DNA from: an uncultured Methanobrevibacter sp.
Lineage (GTDB): Archaea; Methanobacteriota; Methanobacteria; Methanobacteriales; Methanobacteriaceae
Direction: 5' to 3'
Assembly: GCF_902764455.1 (NCBI RefSeq)
Contig: NZ_CACWVY010000003.1
Span: forward strand, 19,548-83,547
Length of the DNA: 64,000 nt
The notes under the pieces were generated by a model. The model worked only from the letters and a program-made list of their open reading frames with translations. It had not been told where the DNA came from and did not search any database. Below are positions 37,250 to 49,270 of the stretch, piece by piece. The translations under genes were made by a program, and so were the position numbers. The first letter of the stretch is position 1. Each line of letters begins with the position of its first letter.

Positions 37250-37681
37250 TTAATGAATTACGAGTACTGCACATTTAGCTGAGTTTACAACTTTATCTGC
37301 TACACTACCCATTATAAATCTATCAAAACCAGATTTACCAGAACTACCCATAACTATTAAATCAACATCTTCTTCTGCTGCAACTTCCAAAATACAACTA
37401 GCAGGAGAACCTTCTTTAATTATATGAGTTATCTTTAAATCATTTTCATTTAATTTATCGAACTCTTCAAGATTTTCTTCAGATCTTTCTTTTAATAATT
37501 GATTTAACTGGTATACTTCATCATCCAATGGAAGCCCGTTAACAAAATTATTTTCTGTGACACTCACAGCAATTAATTCAGCTCCAGTAACATTTGCAAG
37601 AAACAGTGCATGTTTTTGAGCTTTTTTTGCGAATTCTGATCCATCAGTGGGGACCAATATTTTTTTATACATCATTAACAT
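37250..37681 (-). CDS. uspA: Universal stress protein
   Basis: KKILVPTDGSE, DLIVMGSSG..MGSVADKVV..CAVLVI; true start may be 37675 or 37672. Confidence 0.93.
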   Translation of the reverse strand: MLMMYKKILVPTDGSEFAKKAQKHALFLANVTGAELIAVSVTENNFVNGLPLDDEVYQLNQLLKERSEENLEEFDKLNENDLKITHIIKEGSPASCILEVAAEEDVDLIVMGSSGKSGFDRFIMGSVADKVVNSAKCAVLVIH

Positions 37682-37713
37682 CTCCCATAATATATAGATT
37701 TATATCCATGATA

Positions 37714-38868
37714 TTATACAATACATTTTTTATTAATGATATATAATATATTTTTCGTTTCACAACGATTACATATATTAAGATATGGATTTTTAGAAAA
37801 AGATTTGAAAATAACAAATTCAGCAAAATTACCCTCACTTATAGAGGTTTTTTGTATGATATTATTCACATTAAAACTGCACACATTTGTAGTAGCCATT
37901 TTTAATAGGTCTTTTGGACTAATATAATCCCTATAATATACAGACATTAATTTTAAAGTAAATTCCAATTCCCTAAGCATATTTGGAGAGTTGAGCATTA
38001 CATTATCAGTTCCAAGCAATGGCTTTATGCCAAGCTTTAACATTTCATTTAACCTGCAAACACCGACATTCAATGTTGCATTGGCTCTAGGGCAGACAAC
38101 AACGTTTGAATTAGATTTCAAAATCAAATCCAAGTCATCATTTTTAGGATTGGTAATGTGAACGAGCTGATTAAAGTTATTGCTAACCCCTTTTTCGATT
38201 TCTGTTTTTTCAAATTTCTCCAGGGATTCAATCTGATTTGATTCTGATTCAGCTACATGAATTGACGATATCTTATCCTGTTTTTTACATTCCTCAACAA
38301 TTAATCTTGCAACATCTTCTGTAATTTCACCAAAACCGCTAGGAGCAATTCCATCAGCAACTTTCAGGAGCCTACGAATAGCAATCTTAACTTGCTTTAA
38401 ATCAGGATTATCACCATAAAAACTATCGTCACGACCTAAAATTATCGGTTTGATAGGAATATCTTTAGAAGCTTTCTTAAGAAGTTTAACCCCCTTAATT
38501 CCCCCTTCACGATAGTCAATGAAATGAGTAGTTCCAGAATTGACCATATCCCACATTGATTCCTGCATAGCAAGTGTTAATTCCTCATCTGTTGCATTTG
38601 CCAAAGCAATATGTTTTACACCATTTGGAGGCTTGACCATTTCACTTAAAGACAATCCATAACCTTCATCTTTAATTATTGAATCTCCAATATGCATATG
38701 GCCATTTATGAATGAAGGACAAACTACGGCCCCCTCTGCATCAATTATTTTTCCTTCTTTTAAGTCTTTTCCTATTTCTATAATCTTACCATCGTCAACG
38801 ACAATATTTTCCTTGGAGGCAACAAGATTCTGACCTTTTAGTATAATTCCATTTGATACAGTAAACAT
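37714..38868 (-). CDS. Amidohydrolase/deaminase superfamily protein
   Basis: INGHMH, IHVAE, LVH, LGTDN metal-binding motifs. Confidence 0.85.
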   Translation of the reverse strand: MFTVSNGIILKGQNLVASKENIVVDDGKIIEIGKDLKEGKIIDAEGAVVCPSFINGHMHIGDSIIKDEGYGLSLSEMVKPPNGVKHIALANATDEELTLAMQESMWDMVNSGTTHFIDYREGGIKGVKLLKKASKDIPIKPIILGRDDSFYGDNPDLKQVKIAIRRLLKVADGIAPSGFGEITEDVARLIVEECKKQDKISSIHVAESESNQIESLEKFEKTEIEKGVSNNFNQLVHITNPKNDDLDLILKSNSNVVVCPRANATLNVGVCRLNEMLKLGIKPLLGTDNVMLNSPNMLRELEFTLKLMSVYYRDYISPKDLLKMATTNVCSFNVNNIIQKTSISEGNFAEFVIFKSFSKNPYLNICNRCETKNILYIINKKCIV

Positions 38869-39005
38869 TAAAGGAAAATCTAATTTTTTTTATTAATAAA
38901 ATTTTTCATCACTACATTTATTTAATTGAAAGTGACAATATACAACTAATAGCAGTGTTGAAAAACTTAATATAGAATTTAACCTCACTAAAATTTTTTT
39001 AAAAA

Positions 39006-39605
39006 ATGGAGATGATTTCTATTAACTCTCAAGAAATAAGATACTTCTACAGAAATATAGTAAAAACTGGGGACGTATATAGAGTTAAACATAATAATAA
39101 AGATTATGGAGAGTTCAGGAAATTATCCGATGCACTTTATGAGAGGGATGCACTCTTTTTTTGTAATTTTGACTATGATTTGCTTGTAGAATGTGACCTG
39201 GAAAACAAGTATGAGAATATGGATTTGCCACCATTTCCTGAAAAAAGGCCAAAAGGCAGAATAAAAGGAACAAAAGTTAATAAAAAAGAAAGAGAAGGAG
39301 AAATTCTTTTTGACCATAAAGTAAAAGGATTTTATATAAAAAGAATGGGTGAACTAATCGGATATTATGAAACAATGACCGAGGCATTCTATTATAAGAA
39401 ACTTTTAATGGACAATGACTGGAACATGGACGTTTTAAAAACAAATGTTACTGAAAGAATCGAAGTCAATAGAGTTATTGACCAAAGCAAAGAATACAAA
39501 GTTAAATTAAACTTTTGTCCTAAATGTAAAAGCAGGTTAAAAATCGAGGAAGAAGAATGCCCTTCCTGCGGTATTAATATCAAGGAATATTTATCAAATA
39601 ATTAA
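39006..39605 (+). CDS. Hypothetical protein with two AP2-like repeats and a C-terminal zinc ribbon
   Basis: YRVKHNNKDYGEFRKLSDALYERD / FYIKRMGELIGYYETMTEAFYYKK repeats; CPKC..CPSC. Confidence 0.6.
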   Translation: MEMISINSQEIRYFYRNIVKTGDVYRVKHNNKDYGEFRKLSDALYERDALFFCNFDYDLLVECDLENKYENMDLPPFPEKRPKGRIKGTKVNKKEREGEILFDHKVKGFYIKRMGELIGYYETMTEAFYYKKLLMDNDWNMDVLKTNVTERIEVNRVIDQSKEYKVKLNFCPKCKSRLKIEEEECPSCGINIKEYLSNN

Positions 39606-39624
39606 AAAAAAGGATAGAGAAAAA

Positions 39625-42600
39625 TTATTCTCCATCAGCATATTTATTTAAAGATTTTACATTGATTTCATTATTTTGCACAGCTTCAATAGCATTTAAA
39701 GCTGCCCTAGCACCAGCCAATGTGGTAACATAAGGTATTCCAAGCTCAATAGCCAATCTTCTGATGATGTAACCATCCTGAGCAGATTGTTTACCTTCAG
39801 AAGTGTTAATAATTAAATCAACTTCATTATTTAAAATTGCATCTCTGATGTTAGGTGATCCCTGTGATACTTTTAATACTTTTTGAACATCATCAAGTCC
39901 AGTAGAATCACCAGTACCTTCAGTAGCCATTATTTTAAATCCTAAATTAGCGGCTTTATCTGCAATAGGTCTGATTTTTTTCTTATCCAATTCTTTAACA
40001 CTCATAAATATTGTACCTTCCTGAGGCAATTCCATACCTGCAGAAAGCTGTGATTTATAGAATGCCATTCCAAAGTTTTCATCAATACCTATACTTTCAC
40101 CAGTAGATTTCATCTCAGGACCTAAAACAGTGTCTGATTCAGGTAATTTCAAGAATGGGAATACTGATTCTTTTACAGCTACATGGTCTATTTTAATTTC
40201 TTTAGTTAAACCGAAGTCTTTTAATTTAGCACCATGCATAATCCATGTTGCAACTTTAGCTAAAGGAACACCAATTGCTTTACTTACAAATGGAACTGTC
40301 CTACTTGCACGAGGGTTAGCTTCAATAATGTAAACCATTTCTTCATCAAGTTTAACTGCATATTGAATATTCATTAAACCTTTGACATCAAGTTCTAAAG
40401 CTAATTTTCTTGAATTTTCACGAATAGTATCCAAAATATGTACAGGAATAGTTTGAGGAGGTATTACACATGCAGAATCTCCAGAGTGAACACCAGCTTC
40501 CTCAATGTGTTCCATAATACCTGCAATAAATACGTCTTCACCATCACATAAAATATCAACATCAAGCTCAATAGCATCTTCCAAGAACTTATCAACTAAA
40601 ATCGGATGTTCCGGTGAAACTTTTACAGCTTCTTTCATATATTCTTCAAGTTCATTGTTATCATAAACAATTTCCATAGCTCTTCCACCAATAACATATG
40701 AAGGACGGACTAAAACCGGAAATGTAATTCTTTCTGCTATTTCACGTGCTTCATCAAATGAATTAGCGGTTCCGTATGGGGCTTGGTGAATATGTAATTT
40801 TTCTAAAAGGTCTGCGAATAATTCTCTGTCTTCAACCCTATCAATACTTTCATATGGAGTTCCTAAAATTTTAACACCTGCGTTTGCAAGAGGAACTGCT
40901 AAATTGATAGATGTTTGTCCTCCAAACTGTACAATGACCCCATCAGGTTTTTCTTGCTCAATAACACCCATCACATCTTCAAATGTCAATGGTTCAAAGA
41001 ACAGTTTATCAGATATGTCATAATCAGTACTTACAGTTTCAGGATTGTTATTGATTAAAATTGTTTCAATTCCATCTTCTTTTAATGCAAGTGAAGAATG
41101 TACACAGCAGTAATCAAATTCAATACCCTGACCAATTCTGATTGGTCCTGCACCAAGAATGACAACTTTCTTTTTAGTGGTTGATACGAGTTCATTTCCG
41201 ACATCATAGCTACTGTAGTAGTATGGTGTTTTTGCTTCAAACTCTGCAGCACATGTATCTACCATCTTATATGATTGTTTAATGTTGTATCTTGAAAGTA
41301 AGTTTCTTACATACTCTTCGGTTTGGTCAGCTAAATCTGCCAATCTTTTATTTGAAAATCCGAGCTGTTTTGCTTTTCTTAAGTAATATTCATCATTTAA
41401 TTTTTCACAGGTAACATCATTTTCAAAGTTTACGATGTTTCTGATTTTATATAAGAAGAAATTATCAATTTTAGTAAGTTCCCTGATTTTATCTATGTCC
41501 ATTCCATCTTTTATTGCGGAATAAATTTGGAAGTAAATCAAATCGGTAGGATTGGATAAATCCTCTTCAGTATAGTCGACATATTCAAATCCGTCAAAGC
41601 CCATATCAAGAGATCTTAATGCTTTTTGGAATGCCTCTTCAAAGGTTCTTCCAATAGCCATTACTTCCCCTGTTGCTTTCATTTGAACTCCAACCTGACG
41701 GCTGATTCCTTTAAATTTATCAAAAGGCCATCTTGGAATTTTAATTACGACATAATCAATAGCCGGTTCAAAGGAAGCGGGAGTTTCTTTAGTGATGTCG
41801 TTTTTAATTTCATCCAAGGTCATTCCCAAAGCTATTTTTGATGAAATTTTAGCAATTGGATAACCTGTTGCTTTTGATGCAAGTGCACTACTTCTTGATA
41901 CACGTGGATTTACTTCAATAACTTTATATTCATCAGTTTCAGGGTTTAGTGCAAACTGAATGTTACATCCACCGCGAATACCTAATGCTCTTATGATTTT
42001 AATTGATGCATCACGCATTTTTTGAATAGTCTCATCACATAAGTTTTGGATAGGAGCAACAACTACACTGTCTCCTGTGTGAATTCCCATAGGATCAATA
42101 TTTTCCATGGTACAGACAATGATACAGGTATCTTCCTTATCTCTCATTACTTCAAATTCTATTTCTTTCCATCCTAAAACGGATTCATCAATAAGAACCT
42201 GGTTAATGAAACTCATATCCAAACCATGATTTGCAATTTCAATCAGTTCTTCTTCATTATGGGCAATTCCCCCACCTGTTCCGCCTAATGTGAATGCAGG
42301 CCTGACAATAACAGGATAACCAATATCTTCTACTGCTTTAAGAGCATCATCTACACTTTCTACAGCATGACATTTTGGAATTTCCTCTCCAATCTCTTCC
42401 ATTAAGTTTGCAAATAAATCACGGTCTTCCACATCTTTAATTGTTTGAACATCTGAACCTAAAACCTTAATTCCTTCAAGCAATCCTAAATCTCCAAGAC
42501 CTGTTGCGATATTTAATCCGGTTTGTCCACCCATGGTTGGTAAAATAGCATCAATTTCTTCTTCCTTTATAATTTTTGCAACAACTTCCGGAGTCAATGG

Positions 42601-42801
42601 TTCAGTATAAACTGTATCAGCCATATCAATGTCAGTTTGGATTGTAGCCGGATTACTGTTGACCAAAACAGTTTCAATACCTTCCTCTCTTAATGATTTA
42701 CATGCTTGTGAACCTGAGTAATCGAACTCTGCAGCTTGTCCAATTTGAATAGGTCCAGAACCAATAATTAATACTTTTTTAATATCTTTATCAACTGGCA
42801 T
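39625..42801 (-). CDS. carB: Carbamoyl-phosphate synthase large subunit
   Basis: [41 protein letters not shown], second ATP-grasp domain, MGS domain. Confidence 0.99.
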   Translation of the reverse strand: MPVDKDIKKVLIIGSGPIQIGQAAEFDYSGSQACKSLREEGIETVLVNSNPATIQTDIDMADTVYTEPLTPEVVAKIIKEEEIDAILPTMGGQTGLNIATGLGDLGLLEGIKVLGSDVQTIKDVEDRDLFANLMEEIGEEIPKCHAVESVDDALKAVEDIGYPVIVRPAFTLGGTGGGIAHNEEELIEIANHGLDMSFINQVLIDESVLGWKEIEFEVMRDKEDTCIIVCTMENIDPMGIHTGDSVVVAPIQNLCDETIQKMRDASIKIIRALGIRGGCNIQFALNPETDEYKVIEVNPRVSRSSALASKATGYPIAKISSKIALGMTLDEIKNDITKETPASFEPAIDYVVIKIPRWPFDKFKGISRQVGVQMKATGEVMAIGRTFEEAFQKALRSLDMGFDGFEYVDYTEEDLSNPTDLIYFQIYSAIKDGMDIDKIRELTKIDNFFLYKIRNIVNFENDVTCEKLNDEYYLRKAKQLGFSNKRLADLADQTEEYVRNLLSRYNIKQSYKMVDTCAAEFEAKTPYYYSSYDVGNELVSTTKKKVVILGAGPIRIGQGIEFDYCCVHSSLALKEDGIETILINNNPETVSTDYDISDKLFFEPLTFEDVMGVIEQEKPDGVIVQFGGQTSINLAVPLANAGVKILGTPYESIDRVEDRELFADLLEKLHIHQAPYGTANSFDEAREIAERITFPVLVRPSYVIGGRAMEIVYDNNELEEYMKEAVKVSPEHPILVDKFLEDAIELDVDILCDGEDVFIAGIMEHIEEAGVHSGDSACVIPPQTIPVHILDTIRENSRKLALELDVKGLMNIQYAVKLDEEMVYIIEANPRASRTVPFVSKAIGVPLAKVATWIMHGAKLKDFGLTKEIKIDHVAVKESVFPFLKLPESDTVLGPEMKSTGESIGIDENFGMAFYKSQLSAGMELPQEGTIFMSVKELDKKKIRPIADKAANLGFKIMATEGTGDSTGLDDVQKVLKVSQGSPNIRDAILNNEVDLIINTSEGKQSAQDGYIIRRLAIELGIPYVTTLAGARAALNAIEAVQNNEINVKSLNKYADGE

Positions 42802-42823
42802 TTGTAATCCTCATTTAAATTTT

Positions 42824-43906
42824 TTAATAATCATCCATCATTTGACTAAACTCATCAAAAGTATTTCTTGTATCATTTGGACCAGGACCTGCTTCAGGGT
42901 GGTACTGTATACAACGCATAGGCAACTCCTTGTGGGAAATACCTTCAGGAGTTCCATCATTTAAGTTAACATGAGTTAAGACTAAGTCTGTTTCTTTTAA
43001 AGATTCCTTATCAATTGTAAATCCATGATTTTGAGATGTGATAAATACTTTTCCTGTATTTAAATCTTTTACAGGCTGGTTTTCACCACGGTGTCCGAAT
43101 TTCATTTTATAAGATCTTGCTCCAAAAGATTTAGCAATCAATTGCTGACCCATACAGATTCCAAAAATAGGTAATCTGTTGGATAGTTTTTTCATAGTTT
43201 CGATAGTTTCTGTTACCCTATCCGGATTTCCAGGTCCTGAAGTAATCATCAAACCATTTGGAGAGTAATCAAGAACAGTCTTATAATCAGTATCATACGG
43301 GAATAAAATAACACCTATATCTCTTTCCAAAAATGAATTTACAATATTCCTTTTTACTCCACAATCGATTAAAGCAACTTTCTTATCAGCATCTTCATTG
43401 AAAATTTTGATTTCTTTTGTTGAAACTAAAGGCACAACATCAACATCTTCAATGCTTGGCTGTGATTTTGCCATTTCAATCAGTTTATCATCATCAATAT
43501 TTTCAGTGGTTATTGCTGCTTTAAGTGAACCTCTCTCACGGATTTTTAAGGTTAAATCCCTGGTGTCGATTCCACTAATTCCGGGAGTTTTAAACTCTTT
43601 TAAAAAATCATCCAAAGTTTTTTGAGGTCCCCAGTTGGAAACTTCACGACAAACTTCACGACAAACAAATCCTTCAACCTGAATCTTATCAGATTGATAC
43701 CAATCTTCACTTACCCCATGATTTCCTTCTAAAGGATAAGTGGACATTAAAATTTCTCCTTTAAAAGACGGGTCAGTTAATGATTCGGTGTAACCACCCA
43801 TACCAGTAGAGAAAACAAGTTCTCCTAATTTGGTAGTTTCATAACCAAATCCTTCACCTTTTAAAACAGTACCATCTTCCAAAGCTAATTTAGCCATTTT
43901 TACCAT
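42824..43906 (-). CDS. carA: Carbamoyl-phosphate synthase small subunit
   Basis: [31 protein letters not shown]. Confidence 0.98.
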   Translation of the reverse strand: MVKMAKLALEDGTVLKGEGFGYETTKLGELVFSTGMGGYTESLTDPSFKGEILMSTYPLEGNHGVSEDWYQSDKIQVEGFVCREVCREVSNWGPQKTLDDFLKEFKTPGISGIDTRDLTLKIRERGSLKAAITTENIDDDKLIEMAKSQPSIEDVDVVPLVSTKEIKIFNEDADKKVALIDCGVKRNIVNSFLERDIGVILFPYDTDYKTVLDYSPNGLMITSGPGNPDRVTETIETMKKLSNRLPIFGICMGQQLIAKSFGARSYKMKFGHRGENQPVKDLNTGKVFITSQNHGFTIDKESLKETDLVLTHVNLNDGTPEGISHKELPMRCIQYHPEAGPGPNDTRNTFDEFSQMMDDY

Positions 43907-44233
43907 TAAATCACCATAATAAAATATAAAAATTTACTATCTTTATTATATTTTATTTTAAATTATTATTAAACTTTGTTTTTTAGGTGTTTTAAATCAC
44001 GATTTAGAAAAATTTTCATGAACTTTTGAATGGAATTTAAAAAAAGAAAAAATAGACTATTATTTAACAGTTATTTGTTTGATTACATCATATTTTTCAT
44101 AATTAACTTTGCAGGAGAATTATTTAGAGATATTAAGCTTTTCTGTTTAACATTTAATGATAACCCTACAATCCATATACTTTAAAAATAATTATATACA
44201 ATATTTAATTAACTGAATTAACGAGACCTTTCC

Positions 44234-45754
44234 ATGAGCCGCAATACTGAAAAACTAGCTAAAAAACAATTGAAAAATCCTGCAGATTATAACAGGTTTA
44301 AAAAATTAATAAAAGAAACCAAAATTTATGATGCTCCCAAAACTTTAACCGGAGAGTTAAGACCATACCAAAAAATCGGTTATTCCTGGCTGATTCAAAA
44401 TATACGATATAAATTTGGAAGCATTCTGGCTGATGATATGGGTCTCGGTAAAACAATGCAGGTATTGTCTGCAATTCTATACTATAAGGAACACGGCATT
44501 TTAGAAGACAAATCCTGCCTGATAATTGTGCCACCTACACTGATTCCAAATTGGGAAAACGAAATCAAAAAATTCACTCCTGATTTGACTTATTTTATAT
44601 ATCACGGATCAAATAGAACATTTCCTTTAGAAGATTATGACATCATCTTAACCTCATACGGCGTCATTAGACAGGATTTAGATATGTTTTTAGATAGAAT
44701 ATGGTTTTTATGTGTCATTGATGAAGCTCAAAACATTAAAAATCCGAATACCCAACAGACAAAAGCTATTAAAGAGGTTCAGGCAAGGACAAAAATCGCC
44801 ATAACCGGTACACCAATTGAAAATAAACTAACTGATTACTGGTCAATATTTGATTTTGTAAACAAAGGATACCTATCATCACTGGACAGTTTCAAAGCGA
44901 ATTATGTAATGCGAATTGAAAGATTAGAAGAAACAGAAACCTTAGAAAAGTTCAAGACAATAACAAAACCATTTGTCATGAGGCGCCTTAAAACCGATGA
45001 CAACATCAAGGACGAACTTCCTGATAAAATTGTAAATGACATCTACTGCAGCCTGACAAATAAGCAAATCAAATTATACAATGCAATAATGGACGGCATC
45101 TTCGAAGACCTGGAAGGAAAAACAGGCATTGAAAGACGTGGAATCATATTAAACATTATCACAGGATTAAAACAGACATGCAATCATCCAGCACAGTTTT
45201 TGCGTTCAGACAATCCCAAAATCTCCGAATCCGGAAAGATGGAATTGTTGATTACAATTTTAGAGAATATCTTGGACATGAATGAAAAAGTGATAATATT
45301 TACCCAATATGCTCAAATGGGTGAAATCATACGAAAATTGGTTTCCAAAAAGCTAAAAACCGACGTACTGTTCCTGCACGGTTCACTTTCCCAACAAAAG
45401 CGAACGGAAGTGATTGATAAATTTCAGGAAAATAAGGATTATAAGATTTTAGTTGCAACACTTAAAACCGGAGGTGTTGGACTGAACCTGACTGCAGCAC
45501 AAAACGTTATTCATTATGACTTATGGTGGAATCCCGCTATTGAAAACCAAGCTACAGACAGGGTACACAGAATAGGTCAGAAAAGTGATGTGATGGTTTA
45601 TAGATTCATCACAAAAGGAACACTTGAAGAAGTGATTGACGAGATGAGCAAAAACAAATTGAATCTCGCTGAGAAGGCAATAAGTAGTGATGAAACATTC
45701 ATTACCGAAATGACAGACGAAGAGCTGAAGGAAAAATTATCATTGAGACTGTGA
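44234..45754 (+). CDS. SNF2/SWI2-family ATPase, helicase core only
   Basis: LRPYQ, LADDMGLGKT, DEAQNIKN, TGTPIEN, GGVGLNLT, WWNPAIENQATDRVHRIGQ. Confidence 0.93.
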   Translation: MSRNTEKLAKKQLKNPADYNRFKKLIKETKIYDAPKTLTGELRPYQKIGYSWLIQNIRYKFGSILADDMGLGKTMQVLSAILYYKEHGILEDKSCLIIVPPTLIPNWENEIKKFTPDLTYFIYHGSNRTFPLEDYDIILTSYGVIRQDLDMFLDRIWFLCVIDEAQNIKNPNTQQTKAIKEVQARTKIAITGTPIENKLTDYWSIFDFVNKGYLSSLDSFKANYVMRIERLEETETLEKFKTITKPFVMRRLKTDDNIKDELPDKIVNDIYCSLTNKQIKLYNAIMDGIFEDLEGKTGIERRGIILNIITGLKQTCNHPAQFLRSDNPKISESGKMELLITILENILDMNEKVIIFTQYAQMGEIIRKLVSKKLKTDVLFLHGSLSQQKRTEVIDKFQENKDYKILVATLKTGGVGLNLTAAQNVIHYDLWWNPAIENQATDRVHRIGQKSDVMVYRFITKGTLEEVIDEMSKNKLNLAEKAISSDETFITEMTDEELKEKLSLRL

Positions 45755-45757
45755 TGA

Positions 45758-46582
45758 TTATTCTATTCTCAAACTAAAATTAAGACTTCTTGAAGAATGT
45801 GTCAGTGCTCCTATTGAAATGATATCTACACCATATTCAACATAATCCAGAATATTATTCTTGGTAATTCCGCCTGAAACTTCAATTAGAGAATTTTGAC
45901 GAATATTCAATTTTTCAAGTGCATCAATGACTTCTTTTACTTCACTACCAGACATATTGTCAAGCATTACAATATCTGCACCATTTTTAACACAATCAAT
46001 TGCATCATCCAATGTTTCCACTTCTATTTCGATTTTTTTGGAAAAACTTGTGTTTTCTTTAGCCTTTAGTAGAGCATCCAAAGGAGATCCGCAGACTGCA
46101 ATATGATTGTCCTTAATCAAAACCATATCATCTAGGCTAAAGCGATGAGTATCCACACCACCAACATTCAAAGCATATTTATCAAATTTTGCTATTCCCG
46201 GTGAAGTTTTACGGGTCCCTGCAATTCTCACATCATACTCCTTAACCAAATCAGCATATTCTGCTGCTGCACTGGCCACACCACTCATCCTCATGAGCAA
46301 ATTTAGGGCAGTTCTTTCAAGAAGCAATATTGTTCTTGCATCTCCCCTAAAAGATATCAGCAAATCATTTCTAGAGATTTTGACCCCTTCCTTTAAACAA
46401 AGGGTAATTTCAATGCCAAATTCTTCAAATAAATCACGAATAAGCTCAATACCTGCTAAAATACCCTCATCTTTTGATACAATAGATGCATTTACAATTT
46501 TATCTTTTTCAATAACTGCATTTGAAGTAATATCACCAAATCCCTCATCTTCAGCCAGCATATATGCAATAATTTTATCCAA
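45758..46582 (-). CDS. nadC: Nicotinate-nucleotide pyrophosphorylase (carboxylating)
   Basis: ERTALNLL, GTRKTSPG, HRFSLDD..LIKDNH, EIEVE, MLDNM, SGGIT, ISIGALTHS. Confidence 0.97.
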   Translation of the reverse strand: MDKIIAYMLAEDEGFGDITSNAVIEKDKIVNASIVSKDEGILAGIELIRDLFEEFGIEITLCLKEGVKISRNDLLISFRGDARTILLLERTALNLLMRMSGVASAAAEYADLVKEYDVRIAGTRKTSPGIAKFDKYALNVGGVDTHRFSLDDMVLIKDNHIAVCGSPLDALLKAKENTSFSKKIEIEVETLDDAIDCVKNGADIVMLDNMSGSEVKEVIDALEKLNIRQNSLIEVSGGITKNNILDYVEYGVDIISIGALTHSSRSLNFSLRIE

Positions 46583-46651
46583 AAAATCACCTAAACTTTA
46601 ATAATTATTAAAATATATATTTATTCTATAATATAATATAAGTGATTATAT

Positions 46652-47554
46652 ATGGAAATTATATTTTTAGGAACTTCTTCAGCAGTCCATTCAAAAGAGA
46701 GAAATCAAGTTTCAATTGCAGTTAAGGCATTCGGAAAAGTGATGTTATTTGATTGCGGAGAAGGAACTCAAAGACAAATGCTTCACACAAAAGTAAGTCC
46801 TATGAAAATATCCAAGATATTTATCACACATTTCCACGGCGACCACATTCTAGGCCTTCCAGGACTCATACAATCCTTAGGATTGCATGGAAGGGAAGAA
46901 AAACTTACAATATATGGTCCCAAAGGATTACATAAAGTCAGAAATGCAATATTAAACTTCGGTTATTGCAAATATGAATATCCTCTCGAATTTATTGAAA
47001 TAGAGCCCGGAATCATTGAAGAAACTGATGAATACATTATCAAATGCGAATATGTCAGACACAATGTTCCGTCTCTTGCATATTCAATAGAAGAAAAGAA
47101 AAAACCAAGGTTTTTGAGAGAAAAAGCTATTGAACTGGGAGTTCCAGTAGGTCCTCTTTTTGGGAAATTGCATAATGGACAGGAAGTTGAAGTTGACGGG
47201 AAAATCATAAAACCTGAGCAGGTTCTTGGAGAACCCCGAAAAGGAATTAAACTCACATATTCCGGAGACACAAGACCCTGTGAGGAAATGATTTACTTTG
47301 CAAAAGACAGCACACTGCTAATTCACGAATCAACATTTTCAAGGCAAGATGAAGAAAATGCAGAAGAGCATGGACATTCAACAGCAGCCGATGCAGCATA
47401 TGTTGCAAAACAATCCAACTGTAAAGAATTAATCTTAACTCATATCAGTACACGCTATAACGGAGAATTTTCTAAAATTATATTAAATGAAGCACGAGAA
47501 ATTTTTGAAAATACTAAAATCGCTTACGATTTAATGGAAATTGAACTTAAATGA
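46652..47554 (+). CDS. rnz: Ribonuclease Z
   Basis: FLGTS, DCGEGTQ, THFHGDHILG, SGDTRP, HEST, GHST, THISTRY. Confidence 0.97.
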   Translation: MEIIFLGTSSAVHSKERNQVSIAVKAFGKVMLFDCGEGTQRQMLHTKVSPMKISKIFITHFHGDHILGLPGLIQSLGLHGREEKLTIYGPKGLHKVRNAILNFGYCKYEYPLEFIEIEPGIIEETDEYIIKCEYVRHNVPSLAYSIEEKKKPRFLREKAIELGVPVGPLFGKLHNGQEVEVDGKIIKPEQVLGEPRKGIKLTYSGDTRPCEEMIYFAKDSTLLIHESTFSRQDEENAEEHGHSTAADAAYVAKQSNCKELILTHISTRYNGEFSKIILNEAREIFENTKIAYDLMEIELK

Positions 47555-48344
47555 TACTATGGATCTCCTAGCAACACTTGATAATGATTTAAGAATTTTG
47601 ATTTACATAATAATCATTGTTATTTCAACAACAATCATAACAAGACTGATTTCATATTTAATGAAAAAAAGAGAGCGGTTTAATCGAGATATGACTGCAG
47701 CATACCTGGCAAAAGACCTTGTAACCTATGCAATATATTTTGTTGCATTAATGTATATTTTAAGCTTCTTTGGAGTAAACCTTACCGGAACATTATTGAG
47801 TTTAGGTATTGTAGGTATTGCAGTGAGTTTTGCAGCAAAAGATATTATTTCCAATTTATTTTCGGGAATCATATTAATTCTTGGAAAAAGCATTAAAGTT
47901 GGAGACAGTCTTGAAATTGATGGTCTGAAAGGAACTATTGAGAGTATTTCCCTTAGATCAACTGTTATCGTTGATAATTTAGGAGTAAAAATTCATATTC
48001 CCAACTCCACATTAACAAATAATCCATATAATGAATTTAAATCCAATGAACTACGACGGGTTGATTTATATATCGGATTGCCGTTATCTGTTGATGTTGA
48101 AGACTTTAAAGAATATATTATTAAGAAAATTGTAACTTATGATACAATAGACAATACTATAGGACCTTATATTTTTGTAAATGAAACCAGTTTTATACAA
48201 GTCAAACTTAAAGTATCCTTTTGGGTAAAAGATTATGACAGTGATGATAGGTGGAAGTTAATAATCTCTGCTAGAGATAAATATAAAGTAATAATAACCA
48301 ACGATATTAGAAAATATATAGTTATGATGGGTGAAAAAAAATGA
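47541..48344 (+). CDS. mscS: Small-conductance mechanosensitive channel
   Basis: LGIVGIAVSFAAKDIISNLFSG..IKVGD..GTIESISLRST..IPNS; start may be ATG at 47559. Confidence 0.88.
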   Translation: MNLNDTMDLLATLDNDLRILIYIIIIVISTTIITRLISYLMKKRERFNRDMTAAYLAKDLVTYAIYFVALMYILSFFGVNLTGTLLSLGIVGIAVSFAAKDIISNLFSGIILILGKSIKVGDSLEIDGLKGTIESISLRSTVIVDNLGVKIHIPNSTLTNNPYNEFKSNELRRVDLYIGLPLSVDVEDFKEYIIKKIVTYDTIDNTIGPYIFVNETSFIQVKLKVSFWVKDYDSDDRWKLIISARDKYKVIITNDIRKYIVMMGEKK

Positions 48345-49255
48345 GTAGTTCAATACAAGAAGAAATTTTAAGATTAAAAGAAGAAAAAAATGCTATAATA
48401 TTAGCACACAATTATCAGCCTAAAGAAATTCAGGAAATTGCCGACTTTCTTGGAGATTCATTAGAATTATGTATAAAAGCATCCGAAATTGAAGACAAGG
48501 ATTTAGTAATATTCTGTGGCGTTGATTTCATGGCAGAAACTGCTTTTATATTAAATCCTGATAAAAAGATTGTTATTCCAAATTTAGAAGCTGAATGTCC
48601 TATGGCACATATGCTTCCAGAGGAAGTATTGCTCGAAGCTAAAAAAGAACATCCTGATGCAGGAGTTATTCTTTATGTAAACAGTATTGCCGAGGCCAAA
48701 CAGCATGCAGATACATTATGTACTTCAGCAAATGCTGTTAAAGTTGCAGAAAGCTTGCCTCATGATAAAATCCTATTTGGACCTGATAAAAACCTTGGAA
48801 CCCATGTAGCTGAAAAATTAGACAAGGAAATCATTCCTGTTCCAAAAGACGGACACTGTTACGTTCACAGATTATTCCATGTAGAAGATGTTGAACTTAA
48901 AAGAGAACAATACCCTAATGCAGAAGTAATCTGCCACCCGGAATGTGATATTAAAGTTCAAAAAGCCTGCGATAAAGTAATGTCAACAGGAGGAATGTTA
49001 AGATACATTGCTGAAAGTGACAAAGAAGAATTTATTATAGGAACTGAAATTGATATGATTACCAGAATCAATGCAGAAGTTCCTGGCAAAAAGTTATATC
49101 CTCTTCTTGAAGGGGCAATTTGTAACACAATGAAATTACACACCTTAGAAAAAGTAAGAGATGCATTAATCAACGAAGATCCTCAAATTGTTTTACCAAA
49201 AGAAGTTGCAGACAACTCCAGAAAAGCTGTCGAACACATGTTAAATGCTAGTTAA
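48341..49255 (+). CDS. nadA: Quinolinate synthase
   Basis: LAHNYQ, GDSL, CGVDFMAE, CPMA, YVNS, CYVH, HPEC, CNTMK. Confidence 0.97.
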   Translation: MSSSIQEEILRLKEEKNAIILAHNYQPKEIQEIADFLGDSLELCIKASEIEDKDLVIFCGVDFMAETAFILNPDKKIVIPNLEAECPMAHMLPEEVLLEAKKEHPDAGVILYVNSIAEAKQHADTLCTSANAVKVAESLPHDKILFGPDKNLGTHVAEKLDKEIIPVPKDGHCYVHRLFHVEDVELKREQYPNAEVICHPECDIKVQKACDKVMSTGGMLRYIAESDKEEFIIGTEIDMITRINAEVPGKKLYPLLEGAICNTMKLHTLEKVRDALINEDPQIVLPKEVADNSRKAVEHMLNAS

Positions 49256-49270
49256 ACTAGCATTAACAAC

